Numbered from the whole stretch's first letter, positions 11,975 to 25,764 are shown. The stretch: DNA of 63,816 nt, filler included, from Octopus bimaculoides (GCF_001194135.2; 7 parts of 7 records of this genome joined end to end with filler, not necessarily neighbours in it), one strand, 5' to 3'. Program-made: numbers and translations. The notes: generated from the letters alone by a model not told the origin.

Positions 11975-12155
11975 CTGTAAGATACAAAGAAGCAAACCAT
12001 AAGAAAGGAATGTTTTAATATCAAACAGAAGACTATTCAAAGAAAAGGGTACTTCCTGATGCATTTCATCTATTTAATACTTCAGGTTATCATCTGATAA
12101 ATGAGTATGCAATATATTAACTGTTTCATGATCATCATTATCATAATGAAAATGA

Positions 12156-12540
12156 CCGAGTGGCTTTGTGGTAAGTAGCTTGCTAACCAACCACATGGTC
12201 CCGGGTTCAGTCCCACTGCATGGCACCTTGGGCAAGGTGTATAGCCTCGGGCCAGCCAAAGCCTTGTGAGTGGATTTGGTAGACGGAAACTGAAAGAAGC
12301 TTGTCATATATATGTATATATATATATATGTGTGTGTGTGTGTATTTGTGTTTGTCCCCCTAGCATTGCTTGACAACTGATGCTGGTGTGTTTATGTCCC
12401 CGTAAATTAACAGTTCAGCAAAAGAGACCGATAGAATAAGTACTAGGCTTACAAAGAATAAGTGCCCGGGGTCGATTTGCTCGACTAAAGGCGGTGCTCC
12501 AGCATGGCCGCAGTCAAATGACTGAAACAAGTAAAAGAGT
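12156..12540 (+). mobile_element. tRNA-derived SINE, family B, near full length
   Basis: Head GAGTGGCT(T)TGTGGTAAG...GGGTTCAGTCCC, central (TA)/(TG) tract, 3' end GACTGAAACAAGTAAAAGAG. Confidence 0.9.
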
Positions 12541-12732
12541 ACAAGAGAGTACATGCAGAACAATTACCACACGTTAATGAAAGAGGGCTAAGATTATATA
12601 AACATCTATATATTATACACATCACATCGGAGTTTCATGAGCTGATAGTACAATTATACAAAACATACAGAGAAGGCTTCATCCTATGAAAGTGTCATCT
12701 AAAGCCATGGTCCAGTTAATTATTACTCTTTT

Positions 12733-12944
12733 TTTACTTTTACTTGTTTCAGTCACTTAACTGCGGCCATGCTGGAGCACCACCTTTAGTCGAGCAAATC
12801 GACCCCAGGACTTATTCTTTGGAAGCCTAGTACTTATTCTATCGCTCTCTTTTGCCGAACCGCTAAGTTACAGGGACGTAAACACACCAGCATCGGTTGT
12901 CAAGCGATGTTGGGGGGAACAAACATATACACACACACACACAC

Positions 12945-12991
<47 letters not shown>

Positions 12992-13152
12992 ACGGGCTTC
13001 TTTCAGTTTCCGTCTACTAAATCCACTCACAAGGCTTTGGTCAGCCTGAGGCTATAGTAGAAGACACTTGCCCAAGGTGCTATGCCGTGGGACTGAACCC
13101 AGAACCATGTGGTTGGTAAGCAAGCTACTTACCACACAGCCACTCCTGCGCC
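12733..13152 (-). mobile_element. tRNA-derived SINE, family B, full length, inverted relative to 12156-12540
   Basis: Reverse complement of the same consensus, starting GGCGCAGGAGTGGCTGTGTGG at 13152. Confidence 0.9.
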
Positions 13153-13371
13153 TTTTTGTAGACATTTCTTTCATATTTAATGAGGTGGGTAGTTTTACCA
13201 TTCATTTCTTTAGTATGTCTGTTACATATCAAGGTGAAAGTATTGTTGCCTATTTTAAGTCTGTAGTATATTGAAGACATGTTCAGTGATTTCATTAACA
13301 TTAAAATGTTCCAGATTCAGAGGATTTTATAGACACACGCAAGGTGAAATGGTGATAATATATATACTTAC

Positions 13372-13465
13372 ACTGCAGAGGAGGTGATATCATAGGCAGT
13401 GGTGACGTTGGTGCCACAAGCTGTGGAGGAGTTGACATCACAGAAGGCAGTAAATGATAATGCGT
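13372..13465 (-). CDS. TNF-superfamily ligand, exon 2 (94 nt, Pro/Ser/Thr-rich stalk)
   Basis: Long polypyrimidine acceptor TTGTTTTCTTTTGACTTTAG at 13466-67, donor AGT|GTAAGT at 13371; encodes THYHLLPSVMSTPPQLVAPTSPLPMISPPLQ, phase 0 to phase 1. Confidence 0.85.
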
Positions 13466-13626
13466 CTAAAGTCAAAAGAAAACAAGACGAGAACAGAAAA
13501 ATGAAGATAAGATGGTGACTGGTGTGCTTTCTATTGCTTTCATTATATTACTGTCCCCTTTAAGGCTTGTCTGTGTTTTGTAAGGATACACAGACCTGAT
13601 ACACTTGTCAGACTTATGAGATATAT

Positions 13627-13658
<32 letters not shown>

Positions 13659-13729
13659 TAAGGCTACCGTTGATATCATGTTAAGAAAAATATCTTAATA
13701 TCTTTATTTTTCAATCAGCATAAACTAGT

Positions 13730-14915
13730 AATTAGTGACTTTAGGCTCCAGGTCAGAAGGCTGCCAAGAAGTAAACCAATCTGGAAAAGAAGGATTTGGA
13801 AGCTTAAGGACACTTCTTATGATCAGAGATTTAGGGACATCCTAATTGTGAAATTCGATAAAAGGGTGGAGGAGCTAAAGACTTGTGGTATAGAGGGCAA
13901 CTAGGAATTTCTGAGGGACAGCTTGCTGAGTGCCACAGACCAATTCTGTGGCTGGTGCAAAGTCTTATCAAGACCTAGGGTAACATGGTGGTGGAGGATG
14001 CAGTAGATGGGGCCATTAGAGCTAAGAAACAGGCCTGGAAGAATGGGGGGTAGCAGGGAACTGTATCAGATTGCCAGAAGGGATGCTAGGAGACGTATAT
14101 ATCTAGACAGGGGAGAAGCAGAAAAGACATGAGATGAAGTGGTGAAGCATGATCTTTGAACTTTGAGCCTCACAGTGGCAATGACTAGTGACCAAGACCT
14201 TTGGCAATGTGCTTGAGAAGACCCAACAAGCCAAGTGCACCCATGCTGGTGGCACGTAAAGAACACCTTTCAAGCATTCGGCCTCATGGAGATAAAGTGG
14301 TCGAGTTCCTTTTGAGTGTTGCGCCTCATGGAGGCAATGACCAAGACCTTTAGCATTATGTCATGCTTGAGAAGAAGACCCATCAAGCTGAGCAAAATCG
14401 CAGTCATGACAGACACCAGTGTCATGCAAATTGGGATCCATGCCAGTGGCATGTAAAACCAACCTGGTGTCATGCAAAGGCATTCATGCCAGTGGCATGT
14501 TAAAGCTCCCATTACATTCTCAAAGTGATTGGCGTTAGGAAGGGCATCAGCCAGCCATAGAAAGCCATGCCAAATCATACTGGAATCTGGTGCAACTGTC
14601 CAAACCATGCCAGCATGTACAATGGATGTTAAATGATGATGATGACGATGATATACGGAGGTGTGCAGTGCGTGGGAGGACCCGGCAGGGCAGGGCAGGT
14701 AGGAGCATGGTCTGTGACCTCTGCCAAAGGTGTGGCCGGCTCACTAATTCATATCTTTGCTTCATTGGACACTGAGGGGCCCTGCTTGAAGGACTTGTTG
14801 AGCCAGGTGAATTTGGGATTTGAGGTTTGAGGTCTGAAATCGAAGTCAAACCGAGTCCAACGCCTGGCACCTGTGCCAGCCTCTCCTTCATTGGACACTG
14901 AATTCTGCTTGCGAG
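13730..14915 (+). mobile_element. Internally deleted RTE LINE in TNF intron 1, plus an extra 3'UTR piece (14740-14915)
   Basis: 13730-14130 aligns with the post-endonuclease region at 41350-41770, then jumps to the ORF end, 3'UTR and (GAT)n tail near 14640-14650. Confidence 0.75.
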
Positions 14916-16321
14916 GACCTTTTATTTTATAATTTNNNNNNNNNNNNNNNNNNNNNNNNNNNNNNNNNNNNNNNNNNNNNNNNNNNNNNNNNNNNNNNNN
15001 NNNNNNNNNNNNNNNNNNNNNNNGTTATCAGTGCAGCTACATCAGGATGCATCCTTTTGGCCAGTTTCAAAGCAAACTCAATGGAGGTAGTTTTTTGTTA
15101 GTTAGTGGGCAAACGTCAGTGATAGGTAGCACCCATAAGTTGGAATTTCTCCATTAAGACGGGGATTTTTCTGATTTTTTTTTTACACGGGTACTCTTAG
15201 AAATGTTTTTAGCAGAACACACACAAAAAAAAATTCTGAAAAAAAAAGGTTTCGTTTTGTACCCTCGCTTACACCCCCACCCCCCGGACCGATTTTGGTC
15301 GATTTTGTGGGCACTATGCACTTAAAAAAATCTTTCCATTAAAAAAAGAAAAAAAATTTCGACCCCCATATTTATGAATTTCTTTCTTAACGTGACACAT
15401 GGCATTTAAAAAAAACAAAACATTTTTCCATTACTCAGTTAAATACGTTTAAGGGGAAAATAACAAAGAAACAAGGAAGGTATCAGATGGTCGTGTGATG
15501 TGTAAAAAACGATAGCTAAATTGCCCTTAACATTCACAATAGTAAGAGCATATTCAACACCGTATTTATGATAATTTGTTTCTCACACCATGAAACATGC
15601 AATCTCTTTTTAAACCTGTTTCTGTTACTCAAACGAAAAATAAATGAATCTAAAAACTATTTTTTCAAACTTTTTCCATTACGCTCAACCAAAAAAGATA
15701 AACTATGAATGTCTGTCTCTCACTAAAAAGATATTTCCCATCGTTTCCAAGGGCATTGTGAAAGAAAATCTGTTTTTATCCAGCGAAAACAGAGAAATTT
15801 CCAACTTACGTGTGCTACCTATTGCTGACGGCCACCACTTAGTGTTCGGGGAGGGGCAGATGTGTAGAAACTGAAACTTTATCCATTTGCAGTTGATTTT
15901 TAATTCATACCGATCGCAGTCTATTTAGGTCAAGGTTAAAATCAGTGTTTTGGCATGGTCCTTTCTTTATTTTAGTGGTTGGGTTTGCTGTAGTTTTGAT
16001 TTCGAGTCTAGTTCCTATAGTGAAGAGTTCTTAATTGTTTATATATTCATTTTTATGGTTGTATTGCTGATGTATACGTTGGATATGGTACATGTTAGTT
16101 TGTTAAGGAGAACTATTAATTTTTTTAATTTCAGGGTATGTTTTTCTAACCGTCATATCACACTCAACTGTGGGTGGGGCATCGGCTCTCGAGAACCATC
16201 TTAATACTTTCCCAATACTGTTCAAGTCTTCTATTTACTAATGTGTTTGTTGAAGTAAATATCAGGTATATGCACAGGTTACATCTATTTCCACCTTCCC
16301 CCTCTCTCTCTCTTTACACAC

Positions 16322-16470
16322 ACACAGGTGGTTATGTGGTAAGAAATTTACTTAACTACATGGTTCTCAGTCCAGTCCCACAGCATAGCACCTTCGTCAA
16401 GTGTCTTCTACTATAGCCTTGGGCTGACTGAGGTCTTGCGAATGGATTTGGGAAATGGAAAATGAAAGAA
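16322..16470 (+). mobile_element. 5' fragment of family-B SINE
   Basis: Diverged head through GAAAGAAGCCCG followed by (TG)n. Confidence 0.7.
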
Positions 16471-16657
16471 GCCCGTTGTGTGTGTGTGTGTGTGTGTACA
16501 AGTGTATTAGTTTGACGCTCAGTGAAAGGAGAAAGTTTAACTCTTCGAGCATAGCTCTTCGCCAGAAAGGAGAAGGGGAAAAGTCCAAATAAGGTGAAAA
16601 AGAAGAAATCGCCAACGGCATGCGTGTAATTACATTGATTTGTGTGCGTGTGTGTGT

Positions 16658-16985
16658 AGGCCTAGTGGTTAGGGTGTTGTACTCACAATCGCGAGATCGT
16701 GGTTTCAATTCCTAGACTGGGTGGTGTTCTTGAGCAAAGCACTTCATCTCACGTTGCTCTGCGATCACTTCAACACCTGACACAGTGCACAAGTTCAGTC
16801 AATGTCGATTTGATGGAGTGAGTGCGCAGTATGAACATTTGATCACTATAAACAAATCATTTGAGCAGGTAGTTTGATACTAGGCTTTAAAACAAATAAG
16901 TTCTGGGGTCAATTTATTCGACTAAAAACCCTTCAAAACTGTGCTTCAGCATGGCCACAGTCAAATGACTGAAACAAGTAAATAT
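16658..16985 (+). mobile_element. tRNA-derived SINE with a different body but a family-B-like 3' end
   Basis: A box GGCCTAGTGG, B box GGTTTCAATTCC, ends CAGTCAAATGACTGAAACAAGTAA. Confidence 0.7.
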
Positions 16986-17392
16986 ATATATATATATATA
17001 ATCAATAATTATAACGATTTGGAGTATGGAGACAGTTGCATTTGCAACCAGGCATAATTTTCTGTGGAGTTCAAGTTCATTCCACCAGATGCCCTCTTCG
17101 CTTCGAGACATGTTTTCTCTTAATTGTTTAACTTTTTATGACCTATAGAAAAAAGGATGGCAGTAGTACGAGACGAAAATGTAATGTTGGGGGTGATGTT
17201 GCGAGTCGGGGACGGACGGATGGGAGGTGAACTTTAAAAATTTAACATTAAAAAATCTATTTCTCTCGTTTAGGAAAAAAACCTACCCTATTGTTCTGAA
17301 ATATGTAATACAAAAGAAAAAAATTCTGGCCAAACAGAAAATTCCAAGTTATTCAAACCCCAGCTGAAAGTAAATAAAGCTGAGAGTTTTAC

Positions 17393-17638
17393 CTGACTTA
17401 GGATAATAGCAGTCACCACACCCGCTAAAAGAAATATCTGAAAACAAAACGTTCCATATTTATAATATTTCGAGTCAAGAAACATCTGAGTTCTAGATTT
17501 TTCTTTCTGGGTTGACGGTTCATTTAATAATGAATTCACTATAATTTCATTTCCCTCGGTTGATGGTTGCATTGTTCTGTATGGGATATCTTGCTGGGCT
17601 GGTACTTGATTTGTTCTATTCTGTATTCTCGTCACCAT
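17393..17638 (-). CDS. TNF-superfamily ligand, exon 1 (82 codons: cytoplasmic tail and type II transmembrane helix)
   Basis: ATG at 17638 in AAGATGG context; hydrophobic GTFCFQIFLLAGVVTAIIL at residues ~62-80; donor CAG|GTAAAA at 17392, phase 0. Exons of 246+94+48+386 = 774 nt give a 257-aa ORF. Confidence 0.85.
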
Positions 17639-18238
17639 CTTCCTGGTTTGCTCTGTTTGCGGGATAAATCAATATTTTATCTTCGTTTTCCTGGGTTGAT
17701 GTTTGAATTGATCTGGCGTTATCTTACCAGGTTGATAGTTGCCTTGTTCTATTCCGCCGACGGCCTTATTGAAGAAAACTGCTCTTTTTATTAAGATTAC
17801 CTTGTCGGTTTGGCGAATGAGAATTTTCTTTCTTAAAGTTATTCACACTTTGAGTAGTTCCTTCCGTAACCCTCTCTCTGAATTTATCTCTTGAGTTAGG
17901 TTTTCCCGCGCAAAGAAATAAAACAACGTTAGCTGCAATTACAGGTGTGACTAAATTTGTTACGTCACATTCCAGAACTTCTCTCTAAACACATACAATA
18001 AACTTTCTCGTAACCTACTTCACTCACACTCTCGCTTTTTCTGCCAATATCTCCCTCTCTTGTCTTTCTCTTTTTCTCTCTCTCCCTTTCTCTATGTTCC
18101 TCTCTATCTCTTCCTCCACTCAATTTTTTTCAATCCTTTCACTAATTTTTGTTGCATTCGGCTGTCTATTTCAAAATATAGTTTACGTACCAAGGAAGTA
18201 CACAGGTGTAAATGTTTTGGCCAGCATATTTATATTTA

Positions 18239-18469
18239 TTTCTTTATTGCCCACAGGAGGCTAAACATAGAGGGTACAAACAAGGACAGACAAAGAGATT
18301 AAGTCGATTACATCGACCCCAGTGTGTAACTGGTACTTCATTTATCGACCTCCGAAAGGATGAAAGGCAAAGTCGACCTCGGCGGAATTTGAACTCAGAA
18401 CGTAGCGGCAGACGAAATACCGCTAAGCATTTCGCCCGGCGTGCTGACGACACTGCCAGCTCGCTGCTT
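18239..18469 (-). mobile_element. CORE-type SINE with 12-bp target-site duplication
   Basis: tRNA-like head plus CORE-like block GCCTTTCATCCTTTCGG-GGTCGATAAA-AAGTACCAG; TATTTATATTTA at 18227-18238 and 18470-18481. Confidence 0.88.
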
Positions 18470-19204
18470 TATTTATATTTAGGGGATCGTTGTTCTAAAA
18501 GTTAGTTGGTTTCTACTTAAAAACTTTAATCTTTGTGTTTAAGGTCAAATTTGGTGGCTACTTTCTATAGATATTTCTTCCATTCAGTTTCAAGCGTGTG
18601 TGTTGTACAATACAGGTATCTATGGCTTTGATTGACTAAAATTACCTAAAATTTGCAAACTTGTAAAAGCTATCAGCACTTTATTTCTTGATTTATGAAG
18701 AAAATTTATTTTATATCAATAAATACCATACAAAACTACATCAAGACACCAAATATGAAAACAACTAGAAAAAAAAAATTGAAGAAATTGAAAAGTGGCA
18801 GCCAAATAAAAGATCTGCCCTTCATTTGGTTTTTGCAACTGCATTAAGAATTGACAGAAATTATTTTACATCTATTTACATAAATAGTTTCATTTATGCA
18901 ATGCTGGTTGTTTGCAATTCCATTATGCTTGTAGCTATTGATTATGTAAAATGTTAGAGAAGGAAAGCTAATTGTTCCTGGCAATAAATACATCATACCA
19001 AAATTTTTCATGGACCCTTAAAATACTACTATAGGTCCCCAATTTAGTATTTTGTTAGTGTGGTCCCACAAATATTTTATAAGGGCACCCAGAGGTCATA
19101 TGGTTGAGAACCACAGACATAGGTGAAGAGACGAGGTCGTAAAAGAGGGTGAATGATGTCTCTTCATATCAATACTCTGTAGATTGTAGTGCCACGAAAT
19201 TATA

Positions 19205-19275
19205 GCCGCCATTGAGGAAGTACTATCTGCACATGCGCAACGGACTTGCCTTTCCGGAAGCTCCTTGAGTGCGCA
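19205..19275 (-). promoter_or_regulatory. Candidate CpG-rich core promoter (YY1-like, NRF1-like and ETS motifs)
   Basis: GCCGCCATT (19205-13), TGCACATGCGCA (19228-39) and TTCCGGAAG (19252-60) clustered within 60 bp, 1.6 kb upstream of the TNF ATG. Confidence 0.45.
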
Positions 19276-20299
19276 CGAGTAGTAAAACTAGTACTTAAAG
19301 AGTTTGTTTCACTTTGTAAGCTCAGTTGAGCGAGAGACCTTTGACGTGACAACACCTTGCTCCTCATTGAAGCACTCTTCACCACAATGCTATCGATGTG
19401 ATAGCTATTTGCTCCTCTGGCATGTATCAAGGAAGCTCTTAATCTTCCAGTACCGATTACAAATCAATCAGCGGCTGCTAAGTTGAGTGACACAGGGTTT
19501 ATAAAACCAAGCATCATCAAAAATAAAACTTATTTTTATCATGTTGTTAAATTGTTCTACTGTTTCTTCATATATAATTATGTTGAAAGGTGATAGAGAG
19601 AGACTAATGTCTCTATTACAACTATCAACCATTTACAAGATCAATATTGAAGGATCGCCCCTGAATCAGTAAAGAAACTAAATATGCAGGCATGTATCGA
19701 ATTTCCACAGTTCGACTTACAACTGGCAATAGCACACACTACTTCCACCAAAAACTGCAGCTGACCACGACTCACCTCATTGAACAACCAGAATCACATT
19801 GTTTTAAGTCTAAAACCCAAAATGCTGTACTCAAAAGCTATATAATAGTGACTATCAACGGGGAGCATGGGATCTAGTTTTCTTCTTTTTTTTTTTAGTG
19901 GGACATGGACTTTATGGAAATAATTTTTTCACAGTAAACATACTACACTTGTACTCAGCCAAGTCAAACCAATCCCTCCAGCCAAGCATACTGTGTGAAG
20001 ATTGTTTGCCAGTATAACACTGTTCTAAAAATAAAGTCTTTTGTCAACCACCGATGGGGGTATACATTTCTCTGGAAAGTTAGGGTTAGGGTCCTGGAGC
20101 CGAATTGGTTGGGAGACACTGCTCTACTAGCAGCCACTATGGAAGCCTGCGAGAGACAAAAATTTGATAGCCACCCAAACTTTTGTCTCTCATCCTGAAC
20201 TTTAGAACTTGCATTTTTCTAAAAATCCACATGGAATCTCCATCATATATATACTTATAGTCTCTCAAGAACTCTTTCTTAGCATGCACTCTTTTCCAG

Positions 20300-21534
<1,235 letters not shown>

Positions 21535-21790
21535 GGTCTGGTTACGGAGAAGAAGCAGCGAGCAAATTTCATATCTGTGCATTTTCTGGCTTTCGTTCAA
21601 ACCGTGTGGTACCCATTTGTCAAGCTGTTTTGATTTTCCGATTGCATACAAATGGTTGCAGGCAGTTTTCTGGTTAACTAGCAATTCTTTAGCCAGTTCT
21701 TGAGTGGTTTTTACATGAATCTTTCCCTTTAATTGACTGTCGTAGATGTGCGTCCACTACACTCATGATCTTCAAGGCTTGAAAATATTG
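21535..21790 (-). mobile_element. Mariner transposase N-terminal/linker fragment
   Basis: LEDHECSGRT, TTQELAKEL and HLYAIGKSKQLDKWVPHGLNESQK, equivalent to LEDEERSGRP and WVPHEL. Confidence 0.8.
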
Positions 21791-22869
21791 CTTAATTCTG
21801 AACTTGAGCTGATATATAGCAATGCATATACAGAAATTAGGAGCACAGTAGTGGCATATGGAAATTAAATTCAAAACAGATTATGTACACAAAATAAGCG
21901 TGAAGTACTGTATAAATGGTAAAGATCCCCTTCGGTCATGGATGACCACAGGATCACACCTAGGAAGTTCCCCTCCGAAAAACAAGTCCAGCCAAGGTCA
22001 TGTATGGAAGACCAGTAGTCACCCATGCATACCATCCTCCCCTCTCAACGCCATGGATGTTATCCAAGGAAAAGGCAAAGGGTAATACAGCTTGGCACCA
22101 GTTACATTGCAATCATTTCTACAGCCAAATGAACAGGATCCATTGGCACCGTAGCAGACAAGGTAACCTCAGTAATCTTGGTGCCAAGTACTCTGTGAAA
22201 AGTGATTGGCCATCGAATACAACATAACAGAGACAGGACTCTTTAGCTGTATTGAAGACAGGACAATCTGTCTACTGCTTGTGCCATCACAAAATACACT
22301 CAATACATTTTGTAAAGCATTTGGTATTAGAGAGGAGGATCAATGCCAAGAATTTTTGCCATGAAATAATAAATAAAATTCTAATAGCTTTCAAAATTTG
22401 CAAATTTCAGGTAATTTTAGCCAATTGAATATCACAGACGCATTGGTGCCTGTTTCTATAGTAACAAGTAAAGCTTAAACCACATCATGTGTATTTAACT
22501 TTTATCTTTTACTTGCTTCTATTATTAGACTTCAGCCATGCAGGGGCAGCATCATGAGGAAATTTTAGTCCAATGTATCAACCCCAGTGGTTTTTTTCTT
22601 AAGCATATTAGGAATCCACTATAGCGGTCTTTCCTCTTATTAATCGTAATATAATTTTTAAATCTTGTAATGGGAGAAATCGATTTGTAAACAATGTCGG
22701 AGTCAGCAGTTGTGCCGATAAAAGTTGGTTGTAAGATGGGAAAGATGAACAATGCATGAAGTTTTCAGGAAATATTTATTTACCGTTACGTTACAATACC
22801 TTGCCTCAACGGGCAGGTTATGATAGATTCAAAAGCATGCGAAGTAACGTTTGTGTCCTCTTCATTGTT

Positions 22870-23382
<513 letters not shown>

Positions 23383-25089
23383 CTATAGCTTCTCTCCTGT
23401 ATGAATAGGTTTGTGTTTAACGAGACCATCATTTCTAGAGAATGATTTACCACAGATATCACAGTGATATGGTTTTTCTCCTGTATGAATACGTCTGTGC
23501 TTAGTCAAGGAACCAGATTCAGAGAATGATTTACCACAGATATCACACTGATATGGTTTTTCTCCTGTATGAATACGGATGTGTCTGGTTAAGTCATCAG
23601 TAGCTTTGAATGATTTACCACAGGTATCACAAGAACAGGGCCACTCACCTGTATGAATATATTTGTGTTTAGTCAAGCCATTACTTCTAGAGAATGATTC
23701 ACCACAGATATCACACTTATATGGTTTTTCTCCTGTATGAATACGTTTGTGTCTGGTTAAGACACCGGTAGCTTTGAATGATTTACCACAGATATCACAA
23801 GTATGGGGCCTCTCACCTGTATGAATATATTTGTGTCTAGTCAAGTCATTACTTCTAGAGAATGATTTACCACAGATATCACAAGAAAAGGGCCTCTCTC
23901 CTGTATGACTACGTATATGGATGCTTAAGCTTTCATTATAAGAGAATGATTTACCACAGACGTCACAATGATATGGTTTCTGTTGCATATGAACATACTT
24001 GTGTGAAGTTAATCTATTTAATTGACTGAATGACTTACCACAGACGTCACAAGAATAGGGCTTCCCACCTGTATGAACATATTTGTGTGCAGTCAACACA
24101 CTACTTGTGGAGAATGATTTACCACAGATATTACAAGGATAGGGCTTCTCTCCTGTATGACTACGTACGTGGACAATTAAGTGCGAAGTAATAGGGAATG
24201 ATTTACCACAGATGTCACACTGATATGGTTTCTCTTTCGTATGAATGTATTTGTGTGAAGCTAAGTTACTTGATCGAATGAATGATTTACCACAGATATC
24301 ACAATGATGTGTCATTTCCCCTGTATGAATGCGTTTGTGAATACGTAAAGAAGCTAAGCGAGGGAATGATTTACTACAGACATCACAATGATATGGTTTT
24401 TCTCCTGTGTGCACGCGTATGTGAAAAGTTAAATCACTCTTGTGAATGAATGATTTACCACAGATATCACAATGCATCATTTCTCCTGTATGAATGTGTT
24501 TGTGAGCACGTAAAGAAGCTACGTGAGAAAATGATTTACTACAGACATCACATTGATGTGGTTTTTCTCCTGTGTGAATGCGTATGTGAACAGTTAAACC
24601 ACTCTTTTGTGAGAATGATTTACCACAGATATCACAATGATGTGTCTTTTCTCCTGTATGAATGCGTTTGTGAGTACGTAAATGAGTTAAACGAGTGAAT
24701 GATTTACTACAGACATCACAATGATGTGGTTTTTCTCCTGTGTGAGTGCGTATGTGACCAGTTAGATGATGCTTCAGAGAAAATGATCTACCACAGATAT
24801 CGCAGCGGTAAGGTTTTGCTTCTGTATGAACACGTTTGTGAGAATATAATTCAATTCTTTGAGAGAATGATTTACCACAGATATCACAATGATATGGCTC
24901 CTTGTCCATATGAATGCGTCTATGTTTAGCTAAGCAATTCTTTCTAGAGAATGATTTACCACAAACATCACAGGGATATGGTTTCTCACCTCTATTAATA
25001 CATTTGTGTTTAATGAGCCTACTTTCCAGAGAAAATGATTTTTGACAAATACCACAATGGTATGGGGATTTTTCAGTCTCTTTTTCCAT
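23383..25089 (-). CDS. C2H2 zinc-finger protein (ZNF2), 568 aa, 19 canonical fingers plus 1 degenerate finger, no effector domain
   Basis: Open frame from ATG 25089 (MEKETEK) to TAG 23383; N-terminus and last fingers are homologous to ZNF1. Confidence 0.93.
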   Translation of the reverse strand: MEKETEKSPYHCGICQKSFSLESRLIKHKCINRGEKPYPCDVCGKSFSRKNCLAKHRRIHMDKEPYHCDICGKSFSQRIELYSHKRVHTEAKPYRCDICGRSFSLKHHLTGHIRTHTGEKPHHCDVCSKSFTRLTHLRTHKRIHTGEKTHHCDICGKSFSQKSGLTVHIRIHTGEKPHQCDVCSKSFSHVASLRAHKHIHTGEMMHCDICGKSFIHKSDLTFHIRVHTGEKPYHCDVCSKSFPRLASLRIHKRIHTGEMTHHCDICGKSFIRSSNLASHKYIHTKEKPYQCDICGKSFPITSHLIVHVRSHTGEKPYPCNICGKSFSTSSVLTAHKYVHTGGKPYSCDVCGKSFSQLNRLTSHKYVHMQQKPYHCDVCGKSFSYNESLSIHIRSHTGERPFSCDICGKSFSRSNDLTRHKYIHTGERPHTCDICGKSFKATGVLTRHKRIHTGEKPYKCDICGESFSRSNGLTKHKYIHTGEWPCSCDTCGKSFKATDDLTRHIRIHTGEKPYQCDICGKSFSESGSLTKHRRIHTGEKPYHCDICGKSFSRNDGLVKHKPIHTGEKL

Positions 25090-25259
25090 TTCTTCAACAA
25101 AATAATAAATCAATCCTTTAAGTCTGTAACATTATCCATTGTTTCAATAGTTTTCTCCTCTCAGAACAATGTGTTTATTTTCCTTTTTCACTTTTTATCA
25201 TTCATTTCTCCGTAATGTTTTACAGCTATTTTCACATCAACTCTGATTGTTGTCAATAT

Positions 25260-25513
25260 CTGAAGATGCCACAAATATATTTGAAACTTCATCCAAATTT
25301 AATTGTCAGAGTGCAAGTTTGTCTTGTACATATTGCAGACTATACAGTAGAGAAATGCTGCCGATAATCTCAATTCAGAAGAAATATTTCATTGTAGTTT
25401 ACCATAGAATTATATATTTGTTCCATGTAAGCTTTTTCTTTAGTCTTTAAAAGAAAATAAATGTTGATGATGGATTTGATGTAAGCAATTTTTTATGTCA
25501 GTCGTCCGATATT
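25260..25513 (-). other. ZNF2 5'UTR exon (25403-25513) and 143-nt intron (25260-25402)
   Basis: Splice sites conserved with ZNF1 4403-4659. Confidence 0.55.
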
Positions 25514-25764
25514 CTGAAACAATAGAGAAACACCAGTATAAGATATTCTAATAGCAGAGATACAATATACAGATATAGAGGATATTTTAATAGCAGAGAT
25601 ACAATAGTAGAAGTGTTACTTCATTTCTATAAAGATAAATTGTGGAAGTTAACATTCACCTCAACAACCGAACTTTACTTTTCAATTTGTTTTTAAAATT
25701 GCATCACACAACTTAAGGCATAATTATTGCTGCTTCTTTAAAACAAATTTTATTCAACAAAAGC

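Noticed and set aside
23383-25089. 84-bp periodic repeats as a non-coding array, and antisense ORFs 24450-24929
   Set aside because: Periodicity is C2H2 finger coding; the plus-strand ORFs are shadows.
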